The notes beneath the pieces are model-generated. The model ran no database searches. It saw only the letters and a list, made by a program, of their open reading frames with translations, and was not told the DNA's origin. From Gemmatimonadota bacterium (GTDB lineage: Bacteria > Latescibacterota > UBA2968 > UBA8231): a stretch of DNA of 64,000 nucleotides. The DNA lies in assembly GCA_038153405.1 (NCBI GenBank), contig JAYOYH010000004.1:1-64000 (forward strand), in the 5' to 3' direction. A program made the translations under genes and the position numbers. Each line of letters begins with the position of its first letter. Position 1 is the first letter of the stretch. Below, in pieces: positions 19,183 through 28,479 of the stretch.

Positions 19183-20043
19183 TTAGCGCGGCGCCTTCCA
19201 CTTGCGCAGCTGCTTTTTCCACACGCGCTCAATCTCCCCCTGAATCGCCAGCACATCCTTCCAGCGATCGCCAAAGACCGATACGAAATAGCCACCGGCA
19301 ATTTGCTCAGGGCATACAAAGAGCTCGCGGCCGGGCGCAGCCGCTTCCAGCCAGCAGGCCAACACGCGCTCGGCAAACGCTAACCAGTCCATAAATTCTG
19401 GCGTAAAGGCTCCTTTGGCATCGAGGGCGGGAATTTGCGCATGGTGGCCGTTGAACGGACGAAAGTGCAGCTGGTTGGCGTGTTGGATCAGGTCGGGACG
19501 CTCAGCCAAGCGATCCCAATAGGGAGGCGATAGGTGCTTCACGATAGCCGGGTGCGAAAAATCCCAGGTCATCTTCAGCTTCTTCCCTTCCGCTTTTTCA
19601 AACCCCTCGGCCAGCGCGTAGGCCTTTTCCGGCGTTTCCGTGCAGGTATCTCGGTGCACCTCGATCGATACGTCCATATCCATCGCGTCGGCGGCGGCCA
19701 TCAGGCGGCGCGCTACTTCCAGCGCGCGCTTGGTCGGCGTGTCATGATCGAGCATCTGCACGTTGACGACCCGCGCGCCCGTCGCCTTGATCGCGCGCAG
19801 CTTGGGCTTGATTTGACCGATGCCGCCCAGGTCCGTTGTACAGGCAAAGAGTAAACCCGACTGGGCTACCTGTTCGGGGCTGACAAAGGCCGTACGGCCA
19901 ACAAAGCCGGCAAAGCCGGCCTTGCGAACCTTGGCAATTTTCTGATCGATGCTCCACTCGCCCCTTTTGTCGCCGTATCCCATTAGCGAACCCAGCGTGG
20001 CGCACTGGTGCAATACGGGTTGCTCAATTTTTTCTTTGGCCAT
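19183..20043 (-). CDS. Xylose isomerase-like TIM-barrel protein
   Basis: IEVHRDT.TE, WDFSH, HFRPFNGH, VCPE. AAGGAG RBS before ATG 20043. Confidence 0.75.
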   Translation of the reverse strand: MAKEKIEQPVLHQCATLGSLMGYGDKRGEWSIDQKIAKVRKAGFAGFVGRTAFVSPEQVAQSGLLFACTTDLGGIGQIKPKLRAIKATGARVVNVQMLDHDTPTKRALEVARRLMAAADAMDMDVSIEVHRDTCTETPEKAYALAEGFEKAEGKKLKMTWDFSHPAIVKHLSPPYWDRLAERPDLIQHANQLHFRPFNGHHAQIPALDAKGAFTPEFMDWLAFAERVLACWLEAAAPGRELFVCPEQIAGGYFVSVFGDRWKDVLAIQGEIERVWKKQLRKWKAPR

Positions 20044-20118
20044 TGTTCGCTCCTTTTCGCGAATATAGTGCGCGCGTAAAGTACGCAGCGAATGCCGGAG
20101 TACCAAATAGGAGAGCGA

Positions 20119-20147
20119 TTTACAGCGAGAAGGGGGCTGGCTATATT
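20119..20147 (+). promoter_or_regulatory. Sigma70-like promoter
   Basis: TTTACA-17 bp-TATATT upstream of the AKR at 20183. Confidence 0.5.
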
Positions 20148-20182
20148 TGCCGACATAACGCGACCCCATAGGAATTGAGCCC

Positions 20183-21088
20183 ATGACGACTACAGCACCC
20201 ACCAGCAAAGACCTCGCAACTCCCCTGCCTCAGCGCCAACTCGGCAAGACCGGCGAGCGCGTGCCCATGCTCGGACTGGGTACGGCTCCGGGCGGCATGG
20301 GTCTGAAAGACGATGCGGCCATCGCCCTGTTCAACCGAGCCATCGATCTGGGCGTGACCTACGTGGATACCGCCCCAGGATACGAACGCGCCCACCGACA
20401 GCTATCCGAGATCGTGCCGGCGCGCCGCGACGAACTCTTTCTTATCAGCAAGGGCGTCACGGCGGATGGCGACGAGATGCAGCGCATCGTCGAGGACAAT
20501 TTGCGCGACTTAAAAACGGACTACTTGGATCTGATGTATGTGCACTCCTTGGGCAATCACGATGTCGACCAGGTGCTGGCAGCCAACGGATCGCTGGCCG
20601 CCCTGCACGAGGCCAAGCGCCAAGGACTTATTCGCCACCTAGGCGTCACGGCACACCACTGCCCGTGGAAGGTAGCCCGCGTTCTGCGCGAAGCTGAAAT
20701 CGATGTTATCATGATCGCCCTCAACTTCGCCGACCACTTCACCTACCGCTTCGACGGCGAAGTGCTGGCGCTGGCGCGCGAAAAGGGCGTCGGTGTGGCG
20801 GCCATGAAAGTGTACGGCGGTGCCATCGATATGAAATACGAAAGACCCGTTGCCGCGGCCCTGCAGCCGCAGGGATTTAGCCAGTACGAACAGGCCCTGC
20901 GCTACGCGCTCGGATTGCCCGGCGTCGGCACCGCCGTCGTCGGCCTATACAACGAAGACGAGTTGGAGCAAAATATCGAGTGGGTGCGGCGCTACCAACC
21001 GTTGACGGTGGACGAGGAAAACGCGCTGCTCGAGCAGGGCCAGCACATTGCAGAGCAGTGGGGAGCGCACTTTGGCTCCGTGCGCTAG
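20183..21088 (+). CDS. Aldo/keto reductase
   Basis: RQLGKTG, DTAPGY, SK, LKTDYLDL..VH, AMK. Confidence 0.92.
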   Translation: MTTTAPTSKDLATPLPQRQLGKTGERVPMLGLGTAPGGMGLKDDAAIALFNRAIDLGVTYVDTAPGYERAHRQLSEIVPARRDELFLISKGVTADGDEMQRIVEDNLRDLKTDYLDLMYVHSLGNHDVDQVLAANGSLAALHEAKRQGLIRHLGVTAHHCPWKVARVLREAEIDVIMIALNFADHFTYRFDGEVLALAREKGVGVAAMKVYGGAIDMKYERPVAAALQPQGFSQYEQALRYALGLPGVGTAVVGLYNEDELEQNIEWVRRYQPLTVDEENALLEQGQHIAEQWGAHFGSVR

Positions 21089-21100
21089 GCGGCAGCCGAT

Positions 21101-21994
21101 TTAAGGCGAGCGCCGTCTATGCTGCAGCAAGAGGCCGCCGACGACCAGAAATAATCCGACGAACGTCGAAGGTAGAATTTCTTCGCCGACAAAGAAGTGG
21201 ATCAACACGAGCGACAGGAACGGCGAAATAAAAATGAGGTTGCCCACCTGCGCCGCATGTTCGGCATAGCGCAGCGCCTGCTGCCAGAGTACAAAGGCCA
21301 CTCCCATCTCAAAAACCCCCACGTAGGCTGCACCCCATAGGCCCTCGACCGGCACCGGCCACGGATGCGACTGCCACAGGCAGTACAGCCACACAAAAGG
21401 CAGGGATAGCGCAAAATTTAAGAATAGCCGCACGGCCGGATCGCGATCGTCTCGCGTATTGAATATCCAGTAGAGAGCCCACAGCACCGTGCTGCCCAGC
21501 GCCAGCGCAACGCCGATGGGATCGGAAAAGCGCATGCCCAGCACATCGCCGCGCGTGCTGATAACGAGCACCCCGCTGTAGCAAACGAGACCGGCCAGCG
21601 CATCGCTCCAGTTCGGGCGCTGCTTTAGCAGGGGTATTGATAGCAGCGTCAGCGTCAACGCCCAGGTATAGTTGAGCGGCTGCGCCTCCTGCGCCGGCAA
21701 GCGCTCGTAGGCGGCAAACAGAACCAGATAATAGGCCAGCGGATTGCACAGCCCCAACAGCAGCGAACGGCTCCAAGCGCGTATGCCGCCGTTCCACAGC
21801 AGTTGACTTTTCCCCTGCAGCCACACGATGAGCCCTAACACCAGCGTCGAAACCGCGCTGGCGTAAAGCAGTAGCTGTGCGTAGTCGAGATAGCGCAGCG
21901 AAAGCTTAAAGGCCGATGCCACCGTCGACCACAGCAGTACGGTGACGAGGCCGTAGACATATGCCCGGCGACGATCGATCTCAGCCATGGTCAT
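21101..21994 (-). CDS. EamA/DMT family transporter
   Basis: LWSTVASAFK, LPAQEAQPLNYTW, FEMG, about 10 TM segments. Confidence 0.9.
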   Translation of the reverse strand: MTMAEIDRRRAYVYGLVTVLLWSTVASAFKLSLRYLDYAQLLLYASAVSTLVLGLIVWLQGKSQLLWNGGIRAWSRSLLLGLCNPLAYYLVLFAAYERLPAQEAQPLNYTWALTLTLLSIPLLKQRPNWSDALAGLVCYSGVLVISTRGDVLGMRFSDPIGVALALGSTVLWALYWIFNTRDDRDPAVRLFLNFALSLPFVWLYCLWQSHPWPVPVEGLWGAAYVGVFEMGVAFVLWQQALRYAEHAAQVGNLIFISPFLSLVLIHFFVGEEILPSTFVGLFLVVGGLLLQHRRRSP

Positions 21995-22030
21995 CAACGC
22001 AGCGGTCCCCCGAGGCCCACCGCCCCCCGT

Positions 22031-23128
22031 TTATGCCTCCACGCGCCATACTTCCAGCGGATGCCGGCGCTCGGCCAGCGGCAGGTCAACGCGTCGTCCG
22101 CCCTCGCGGTGCGACTGATACAGGCCCAGTATCATCTCAAAGGCCGTGCGCCCCTCGACCCCGCTGCTCGGCGGCTCCTGATTGCCCTCTATGGCCTCGG
22201 CCAGAGCGCGGTACATCTGCACGATGGGATCCTCGCCGGCCCTATCGCCCAGGTTTACCGGCTGCCAATCACCCAAGTCAGACGGCGTGCCCTCCATAGG
22301 ACGCGGCAGGTGCCACAGACACGGATCTTTTCTGCGCGATGCGCGCACGGCCAATTGACCCTCTGTGCCCAACACATCGATGCCGTAATTGTCGTTCATC
22401 AGCGTCTGGTAGCCGAGGAAGTGGATCTCGCCAAGCACGCCGTTGGCAAATCCATACTGTCCGATGGCGCGCTCGCCGAGCACGGGACCCGAATCGCGGT
22501 CTTTCGGCGACATTTCCTTGGCCTCCATAACGGCGTCAACGCCGGCCAGCGCCCCTTGCCAATACACCGTGCCCGAACACCAAGTGGGACTTCCACCAAA
22601 GCAGAGCATCATATCGGTCACATGCGTACCCATTTCGGTAAACTCGTTGCCGCTCTTGCGCCCGCACTTGTTGCGCCCGCGCACCAACACGATTTCGCCA
22701 ATAGCCCCTTCGCGCACCATTTGCTGGGCCTTGCGGATGCCCGGATTGACGTGGTTTTGCTGATTAATGGCCAGACGCGCGCCGCTGCGCTGCGCCGCAT
22801 CGACCATCGCATCGGCTTCCCTCAAATCGATGGCAATTGGCTTCTCACACAGCACGCTAATCCCGCGCTCCAGCGCCTCCACGCTCGGCGCGCAGTGTCC
22901 GCGCGTCTGCGTCGCCACGACGACAATGTCCGGTTTGGCTTCGTCGCACATCGCCGCGCAGTCGCGGTATGCCTTGGCGCTGACCATTTCCCCAGCGCGG
23001 GCCAGCGCCTCATCTGACACGTCGCAGAGGGCGACAAACTCGAATGCACGCACGTCTTTCAGCGCGCTGATATGCTGACGCCCCATGCCACCGCAGCCAA
23101 CTAAAGCTACTCTATAGCGACCGTCCAT
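22031..23128 (-). CDS. Gfo/Idh/MocA oxidoreductase
   Basis: VGCGGMG, LCEKP, EMGTH..D. Confidence 0.92.
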   Translation of the reverse strand: MDGRYRVALVGCGGMGRQHISALKDVRAFEFVALCDVSDEALARAGEMVSAKAYRDCAAMCDEAKPDIVVVATQTRGHCAPSVEALERGISVLCEKPIAIDLREADAMVDAAQRSGARLAINQQNHVNPGIRKAQQMVREGAIGEIVLVRGRNKCGRKSGNEFTEMGTHVTDMMLCFGGSPTWCSGTVYWQGALAGVDAVMEAKEMSPKDRDSGPVLGERAIGQYGFANGVLGEIHFLGYQTLMNDNYGIDVLGTEGQLAVRASRRKDPCLWHLPRPMEGTPSDLGDWQPVNLGDRAGEDPIVQMYRALAEAIEGNQEPPSSGVEGRTAFEMILGLYQSHREGGRRVDLPLAERRHPLEVWRVEA

Positions 23129-23158
23129 TATTCGTTTTCTCCCGTATAGATACGCTGA

Positions 23159-23824
23159 CTACAACGCATGCCAGCGCGCGCCGCGCCCGGCCCACTCAAT
23201 GCGGCGTTCTTGTACATCTAAGACGAGCGAGTAGCGCGTGTGCGCCGTATACAACGGCTCCTTGCGCAGTGCTCCCCGGCAGCGCTCGACGACGTCTTCG
23301 TTGTCGAGCGTCGGTAACCAGGCATAGAGCTCTTCGACAAATCCGCGCATGGAGTCACTGCGCAAGGCATCGTCCGGCTCCCCGTTCTCAACTCCATCGC
23401 ACGGTGCCGATGCTGCGCAAACCAATATGCCTTCTTCACGCGTTTCGCACTCCACCTCCCCGGCTCCATAGCGGACCAGCGCGATGCAATCGCCATCGCC
23501 CAACAGCACCTGACCACTGAGCTGGACCGGATCGCGCGCCGCTTCGCCCTCGATGCGCGCTAGAGCGCTACATACGTCGCAACAGTCGGCCAGAATCTGC
23601 GAGGAAAGCGGCACGCCCGCATCCGCGGGCAGGGACAGCAGCGCCAATCCAGTCCGATATAGGACACCGTTCACCGCGGCCGGCACCCCGCTTTGACCGA
23701 CCATGCAAACCAGTTCGTCGGCATCTCTATCTACGCTCAGCTCATCGTCAGGCCCCATCTCGGCATCGGCATTGAGCAGTAGGAACGTGCGGCCGTTTTG
23801 CGTCAGTGCAGCCATAGTCGACAT
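23159..23824 (-). CDS. Hypothetical protein, Ntn-hydrolase (C45-like) fold candidate
   Basis: GGAGGT RBS; N-terminus MST.A....G..FLL.N.D; C-terminal T.YS.VLD...R.I. Confidence 0.5.
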   Translation of the reverse strand: MSTMAALTQNGRTFLLLNADAEMGPDDELSVDRDADELVCMVGQSGVPAAVNGVLYRTGLALLSLPADAGVPLSSQILADCCDVCSALARIEGEAARDPVQLSGQVLLGDGDCIALVRYGAGEVECETREEGILVCAASAPCDGVENGEPDDALRSDSMRGFVEELYAWLPTLDNEDVVERCRGALRKEPLYTAHTRYSLVLDVQERRIEWAGRGARWHAL

Positions 23825-23993
23825 CGCGTTACCTCCCTTGGGGCGGGCTAGGCGCCTGTGGCAGATGAGCGCGGCGCAATGACTAATCGAGAACCGCACT
23901 GGTCCTCGCCGTGCGCGCGCTTATATTTTTCGCAGTAACTAGAGCCTAATCTACGCAAGCGTTTTGCCCATTACAACGCGACGCCGACGCCCT

Positions 23994-24992
23994 ATGCCAC
24001 GCATGGTCCAGCTTCTATTCATCGCGCTCTCTCTCCTTGCCCGAGCTACCTGGTCCGACGATGACAAGCACATCGTGCGCGGCATTACCATCTCCACGCA
24101 CGGCAGCGGCCGCGACTGGGGTTCGGACGCCATGCTGACCACCTTAGAGGACATCCGCGCGCTCGGCGCCAATTGGGTTGCCATCCATCCCTACGCGCGC
24201 ATTAATGGCGATGGCTCGCTGCAGTTTGGGCGCTTTGACCCAAGCGATCCCCCGGCCTATCTAGCGCGCCCCATCCGCGAAGCACACCAACTCGGCCTGA
24301 GCATTTGCATCAAGCCGCATATTGCCTACTGGGGTTCACCCTTTGCATGGCGCGGAGAAATCGAGTTTGCCCAAGCAGAGCAGTGGGCCAACTTCTGGCG
24401 CGATTACAGCGAGTGGATTCTGCTGCTGGCGGCCGCCTGCAGCGAAGCCGACGGCTTTGTCGTGGGCACCGAGCTCGACCGCACGCTGTCGTTTGAAGGG
24501 CAGTGGCGCGCACTGATCGCCGATGTGCGCGAGCAGACTGGCGCACCGCTGACCTACGCCGCCAATTGGACCGACTACGACCGCGTGCCGTTCTGGGATG
24601 CCCTCGACGTGATCGGCATTCAGGCCTATTTCCCCTTGGCCGACAGCACCGACTTCAGCGAGGAGGCCATTCGCCGCGGCTGGCAGCAGCGCGCGGACGA
24701 GCTGCGCACCTATGCCGACGCACACAACCGCCGTATCCTCTTTACCGAATTGGGCTACAACCAGTCGCATCGCGCGCCGCTACAGCCGTGGGACTACGCC
24801 ACGGACGGCGACGATGCCCGCCCGGTGCAACTAGCGTGTATGCGCGCCGCTCTACAGACCATCGCAGGGGAAGAGCGCATCGTCGGCGCCCTGCTGTGGA
24901 AGTGGTTTCCCCATCCCCGATCGGTCGGTCGCAACTTTCAGCTGGCCGCTCCACACCTCCGCGCCGTCATTGCCGAATCGTGGCAAAACTAG
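23994..24992 (+). CDS. Secreted glycoside hydrolase, GH113-like TIM barrel
   Basis: Signal peptide, GANWV, IKPH, WRG, VGTEL, TYAANW, FWDALD.IG..AYFPL, FTELGY. Confidence 0.85.
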   Translation: MPRMVQLLFIALSLLARATWSDDDKHIVRGITISTHGSGRDWGSDAMLTTLEDIRALGANWVAIHPYARINGDGSLQFGRFDPSDPPAYLARPIREAHQLGLSICIKPHIAYWGSPFAWRGEIEFAQAEQWANFWRDYSEWILLLAAACSEADGFVVGTELDRTLSFEGQWRALIADVREQTGAPLTYAANWTDYDRVPFWDALDVIGIQAYFPLADSTDFSEEAIRRGWQQRADELRTYADAHNRRILFTELGYNQSHRAPLQPWDYATDGDDARPVQLACMRAALQTIAGEERIVGALLWKWFPHPRSVGRNFQLAAPHLRAVIAESWQN

Positions 24993-25126
24993 CGACAGTA
25001 ATACCACACTGAGACGTTTGAAGCACGGTGGAAGCGGTGTTCGGATAGGCTCCCTTACGGCGATTTAACCGCTAAAAAACACAATCTTATAGAGCGAAAT
25101 AGAGCGAACGAGCGCACCCCTATCAA

Positions 25127-25142
25127 CGGCACGCGTTTTGCG
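25127..25142 (+). promoter_or_regulatory. Sigma54 (-24/-12) promoter candidate
   Basis: CGGCACGCGTTTTGCG is GG-N10-GC with GGCAC/TTGC cores, about 43 nt upstream of ATG 25185. Confidence 0.55.
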
Positions 25143-25184
25143 TAGTTGTGGGTAAGCACGCCCTTTACGCAAGGAGGTGATCGC

Positions 25185-25637
25185 ATGAAAACACTTGTCT
25201 TCCTCATTCTCTCCACCTTTGCTATCGGCTGTGCCAACCAATTTGATTCCGGCAACAAGGCCTTTGCGCGCGGCCAGTGGAAAAAGTCCATTTTTCACTA
25301 CGGCCACGTAGCCACAACCAACGCCGATCGCCCAGCCGCCCGCGAGATGACCGCCAAAGCGTATTTCAACTGGGGTAAAGAGTTCTACGCAGCCAGCCAG
25401 TGGAAAAAGGCGACCGACAAATTGCTGCAAGTAGATGCGGAGTTTGCCGACTACCAAGAGGCGCGCGAAATGGTCAGCGCCTGTAACTTCTTCGTTGGCA
25501 AAGAGGCCTTTGAGCGCAGCGACTGGCAGGAGGCCATCAAGTATCTCAACATCGTGCGCTCGACCAGCCCGCGCTACGACGAGTCGCGCACGCTGGCCAA
25601 GAGGGCCCACGCCGAACTCGATCGCGGCAAGGGTTAG
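25185..25637 (+). CDS. TPR-like lipoprotein
   Basis: AAGGAGGT RBS; lipobox FAIGC; three G...F/Y....W..AI repeats. Confidence 0.8.
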   Translation: MKTLVFLILSTFAIGCANQFDSGNKAFARGQWKKSIFHYGHVATTNADRPAAREMTAKAYFNWGKEFYAASQWKKATDKLLQVDAEFADYQEAREMVSACNFFVGKEAFERSDWQEAIKYLNIVRSTSPRYDESRTLAKRAHAELDRGKG

Positions 25638-26638
25638 CCTTCGGCGATATGGCCGACGGCGCGCAGCAGCGTCTCCTGCACGAGCAGTTCGTGCTCGAGC
25701 GTCCGATCGGGCGGGCGCTGCTGCGAAAGCACGCCGACAAAGGCCTCCAACTCGCGCTCGTACGTCGTTTGGCGCGAAGGCCCTTCAATGGACACGAGTT
25801 GTTCGCCTTTGACGTAGTCGCCAAACGGCTCCTCCAGGCACAGCCTGATGGCGCGGCCAGGCTCGAATGGCTCGACGAGGATAGCGCTGCCCGCGCTGCC
25901 GTAGACCTCAAAGCGACGCGCCATGGGACGTGCTTCCATCGCCGCAATATCCACCCAAGCCATGGCGCGCTCGTATTCGAATACGCCCAGCGTATTGTCG
26001 CTAAAACCGGGGACCTGGCCGCTGTCGTTGCGCAGGAAGGACGTCACCTTGTGCGGGCGACCGAGAATCCATACGACCTGGTCGAGCATGTGGCCAGCCA
26101 GGTCGTAAAAAATACCGCCCACGTGCGAACGGCCAATCACGGCGCGCGCCTCGGGTGAGATATTCGTCGACATATGCGCACGCACCGAGTAGATATCGCC
26201 GAGCACACCTCTCCTAGCCCATTCGGCGACCTGCTGAAAACCGTCGTGATAGCGCAACATATAGCCCATCTGAATGTGCACACCGCGCGCCTTGGCATCG
26301 GCGACGACCTGCTGCCAGCGCGCCCAATCGTCGCCGGCCGGCTTGTCGTACCAAACGTGCTTATTGGCCGCAACAATGCGCGCCGTCTGCTCCAAGCTTT
26401 CGGCATTGAGTCCTTCCGAAGCGATGGCGGCAATGGAGTCGTCGCCAAGCATATCTTCTTCGGCGTCGAAGAAGGGCACATTGGCATAGGCACCATCGCC
26501 CCCTTCGCACTCGGCTCGCCGCGCTGCGTCTGGCTCGTATACACCCACCAATTCAACATCCGTATTTTGCTGCATAGCGCGCAATTTGCCGCTGGCGTGT
26601 CCGTGCGTTGTCCCATACTGTGCCATTCGAATGGCCAT
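25634..26638 (-). CDS. Gfo/Idh/MocA oxidoreductase
   Basis: YGTTHGHA, WYDKP, DLAGHMLD. Confidence 0.88.
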   Translation of the reverse strand: MAIRMAQYGTTHGHASGKLRAMQQNTDVELVGVYEPDAARRAECEGGDGAYANVPFFDAEEDMLGDDSIAAIASEGLNAESLEQTARIVAANKHVWYDKPAGDDWARWQQVVADAKARGVHIQMGYMLRYHDGFQQVAEWARRGVLGDIYSVRAHMSTNISPEARAVIGRSHVGGIFYDLAGHMLDQVVWILGRPHKVTSFLRNDSGQVPGFSDNTLGVFEYERAMAWVDIAAMEARPMARRFEVYGSAGSAILVEPFEPGRAIRLCLEEPFGDYVKGEQLVSIEGPSRQTTYERELEAFVGVLSQQRPPDRTLEHELLVQETLLRAVGHIAEG

Positions 26639-26667
26639 GTTATATGCTCCTTATTGCATCCAATGTT

Positions 26668-27435
26668 TTAGCGGCCTAACCAACCGCCGTCAACTACGAC
26701 GACCGATCCATGCACGTAGTCTGAAGCGGCCGAAGACAGCCAAACGACTGCGCCCTTCAAATCATCGGGCGCGCCCCAGCGTCCGGCCGGTATGCGCGCC
26801 AGCAGCTGCTCGTTGCGCTGTGGATCGTCGCGCAGAGCCTGATTGTTGTCGGTGGCGATATAACCCGGGGCGATGGCATTGACGTTAACCCCCCGACCCG
26901 CCCACTCGTTGGACAGGGCCATGGTCAGCTGGCCAATACCGCCCTTAGCCGCCGCATAGCCCGGCACCGTAATGCCGCCCTGAAACGTCAAGACGGAAGC
27001 CGTAAAGACAATTTTTCCGCTGCCGCGCGCCACCATCGAGCGGCCGAACTCGCGTGCCAGCACAAACTGCGCACTGAGATTGACTTCGATGACCTTGTCC
27101 CAGTATTCGTCCGGATGCTCTTCGGCCGGAGCCCGCATAATCGTGCCGGCATTGTTAATTAAGATGTCGATCTGCCCCACCTCGCGCTCTACCTGCTCGG
27201 CAAAGGCGCGCAGCGCAGCGCGGTCGGAAAAGTCGCACGCATAACCCCTGAAGCGCTTGCCCAGCGCGCGCACGTCGGCCTCGACTTCGCTGTCGGCTTC
27301 AAGCGATGCACTCACCCCGACGATATCAGCGCCGGCTTCGGCCAGAGCCTGGGTAAAGCCGCGCCCTATGCCGCGCCTGCAGCCCGTGACCAAGGCCGTT
27401 TTGCCATCCAGCTTAAACAGGTCTAAAATACCCAT
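26668..27435 (-). CDS. KduD-like SDR (sugar-acid 5-dehydrogenase/reductase)
   Basis: TGCRRGIG, NNAG, S...FQGG..VPGYAAAK, VNAIAPGYIATDN, VDGGWL. Confidence 0.88.
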   Translation of the reverse strand: MGILDLFKLDGKTALVTGCRRGIGRGFTQALAEAGADIVGVSASLEADSEVEADVRALGKRFRGYACDFSDRAALRAFAEQVEREVGQIDILINNAGTIMRAPAEEHPDEYWDKVIEVNLSAQFVLAREFGRSMVARGSGKIVFTASVLTFQGGITVPGYAAAKGGIGQLTMALSNEWAGRGVNVNAIAPGYIATDNNQALRDDPQRNEQLLARIPAGRWGAPDDLKGAVVWLSSAASDYVHGSVVVVDGGWLGR

Positions 27436-27438
27436 CCC

Positions 27439-28467
27439 CTACGCTCCTCGGATATCGATCAACACTTTGACTTCTTCGGCTCCGGCCGCCATTTCGGCCA
27501 ATACGCCCGGCAGCTGATCCAGCGGGCGGCGCGCCGTCACCAGCGCGTCCAGCACATCGCCCAGCGGCTCAACCAGCTCAATGGCGCGTTCGTAATCTTC
27601 CTTTTCATAGACCCGCACGCCGCACAGCTGCAGTTCGCGCCAAAAAAATTGGAATAAGTCTACAGGCGGGGCCTGGGCAAAGATCGCCACGATGACGATG
27701 CGACCGCGCACCTTGGCTATGCGCGTCATAGCCGCCGCGCCGGCAGCCGAACCCGACACTTCAAATACGACGTCGGCCCCAGCTCCCTGCGTCCACTCTT
27801 GGACGCGGCCCTCCAAGTCTTCGCGCAGCGGATTGACCGTCGCCAACCCCAGTTGCTGGGCCTTGGCTAGGCGAAACGCGCTCACCTCGCTCAGCAACAC
27901 CTCGGCGCCGGCGTGGCGCGCTACCAGCGCGTTGAGCAGGCCAATGGGGCCGCCACCGATTACCACCACTTTCTCACCGGTAGCTACCTGCCCCAAGCGC
28001 ACGTCGTGACAGGCTACGGCCAACGGCTCGATGAGGGCGGCGCGGTCCATCGCCACGTCGGGCGGCAGTTTGTGCAGTAGATGCGCCGGCACGGTCCACG
28101 AGGTCTGGAACGCGCCCGGACTGTCAATGCCAATGAAGTTAAGGCGCTGGCAAATATGGCCGTGTCCTGCCCGACAGGCCGGACACGTTCCGCACGCGTC
28201 GAGCGGGCGCACGACGACGGGATCGCCCACCTCGTAGCCGGCGACGCCGGGCCCCAATTCGGCAATGCGCCCCGACATTTCATGGCCAATGACGCGCCTT
28301 CCGTCAAAGCGCCCATCCATATGCCCCTGATAGATGTGCAAATCGGTGCCGCAAACGCCACACCAATCTACCTCAATCCGCACCTGCTCGGACCGCGGTG
28401 CGACCGCGGCGCTGGCAGCGACTTCCACCTCGCCCGCACGCACGTAGTAGGCGCCTATGGCGCTCAT
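27439..28467 (-). CDS. Zn-dependent MDR dehydrogenase (sugar acid/polyol type)
   Basis: CGVCGTD, GHE, CxxCxxC..G..H.C, GGGPIG. Confidence 0.92.
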   Translation of the reverse strand: MSAIGAYYVRAGEVEVAASAAVAPRSEQVRIEVDWCGVCGTDLHIYQGHMDGRFDGRRVIGHEMSGRIAELGPGVAGYEVGDPVVVRPLDACGTCPACRAGHGHICQRLNFIGIDSPGAFQTSWTVPAHLLHKLPPDVAMDRAALIEPLAVACHDVRLGQVATGEKVVVIGGGPIGLLNALVARHAGAEVLLSEVSAFRLAKAQQLGLATVNPLREDLEGRVQEWTQGAGADVVFEVSGSAAGAAAMTRIAKVRGRIVIVAIFAQAPPVDLFQFFWRELQLCGVRVYEKEDYERAIELVEPLGDVLDALVTARRPLDQLPGVLAEMAAGAEEVKVLIDIRGA

Positions 28468-28479
28468 AGCCCTCTCCCC

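Noticed and set aside
22061..23017. Long antisense or alternate-frame ORFs (also 61647-62675, 4161-5345, 9327-10166, 18532-19383)
   Set aside because: These are shadow ORFs expected in GC-rich DNA overlapping well-supported genes, with no motifs.
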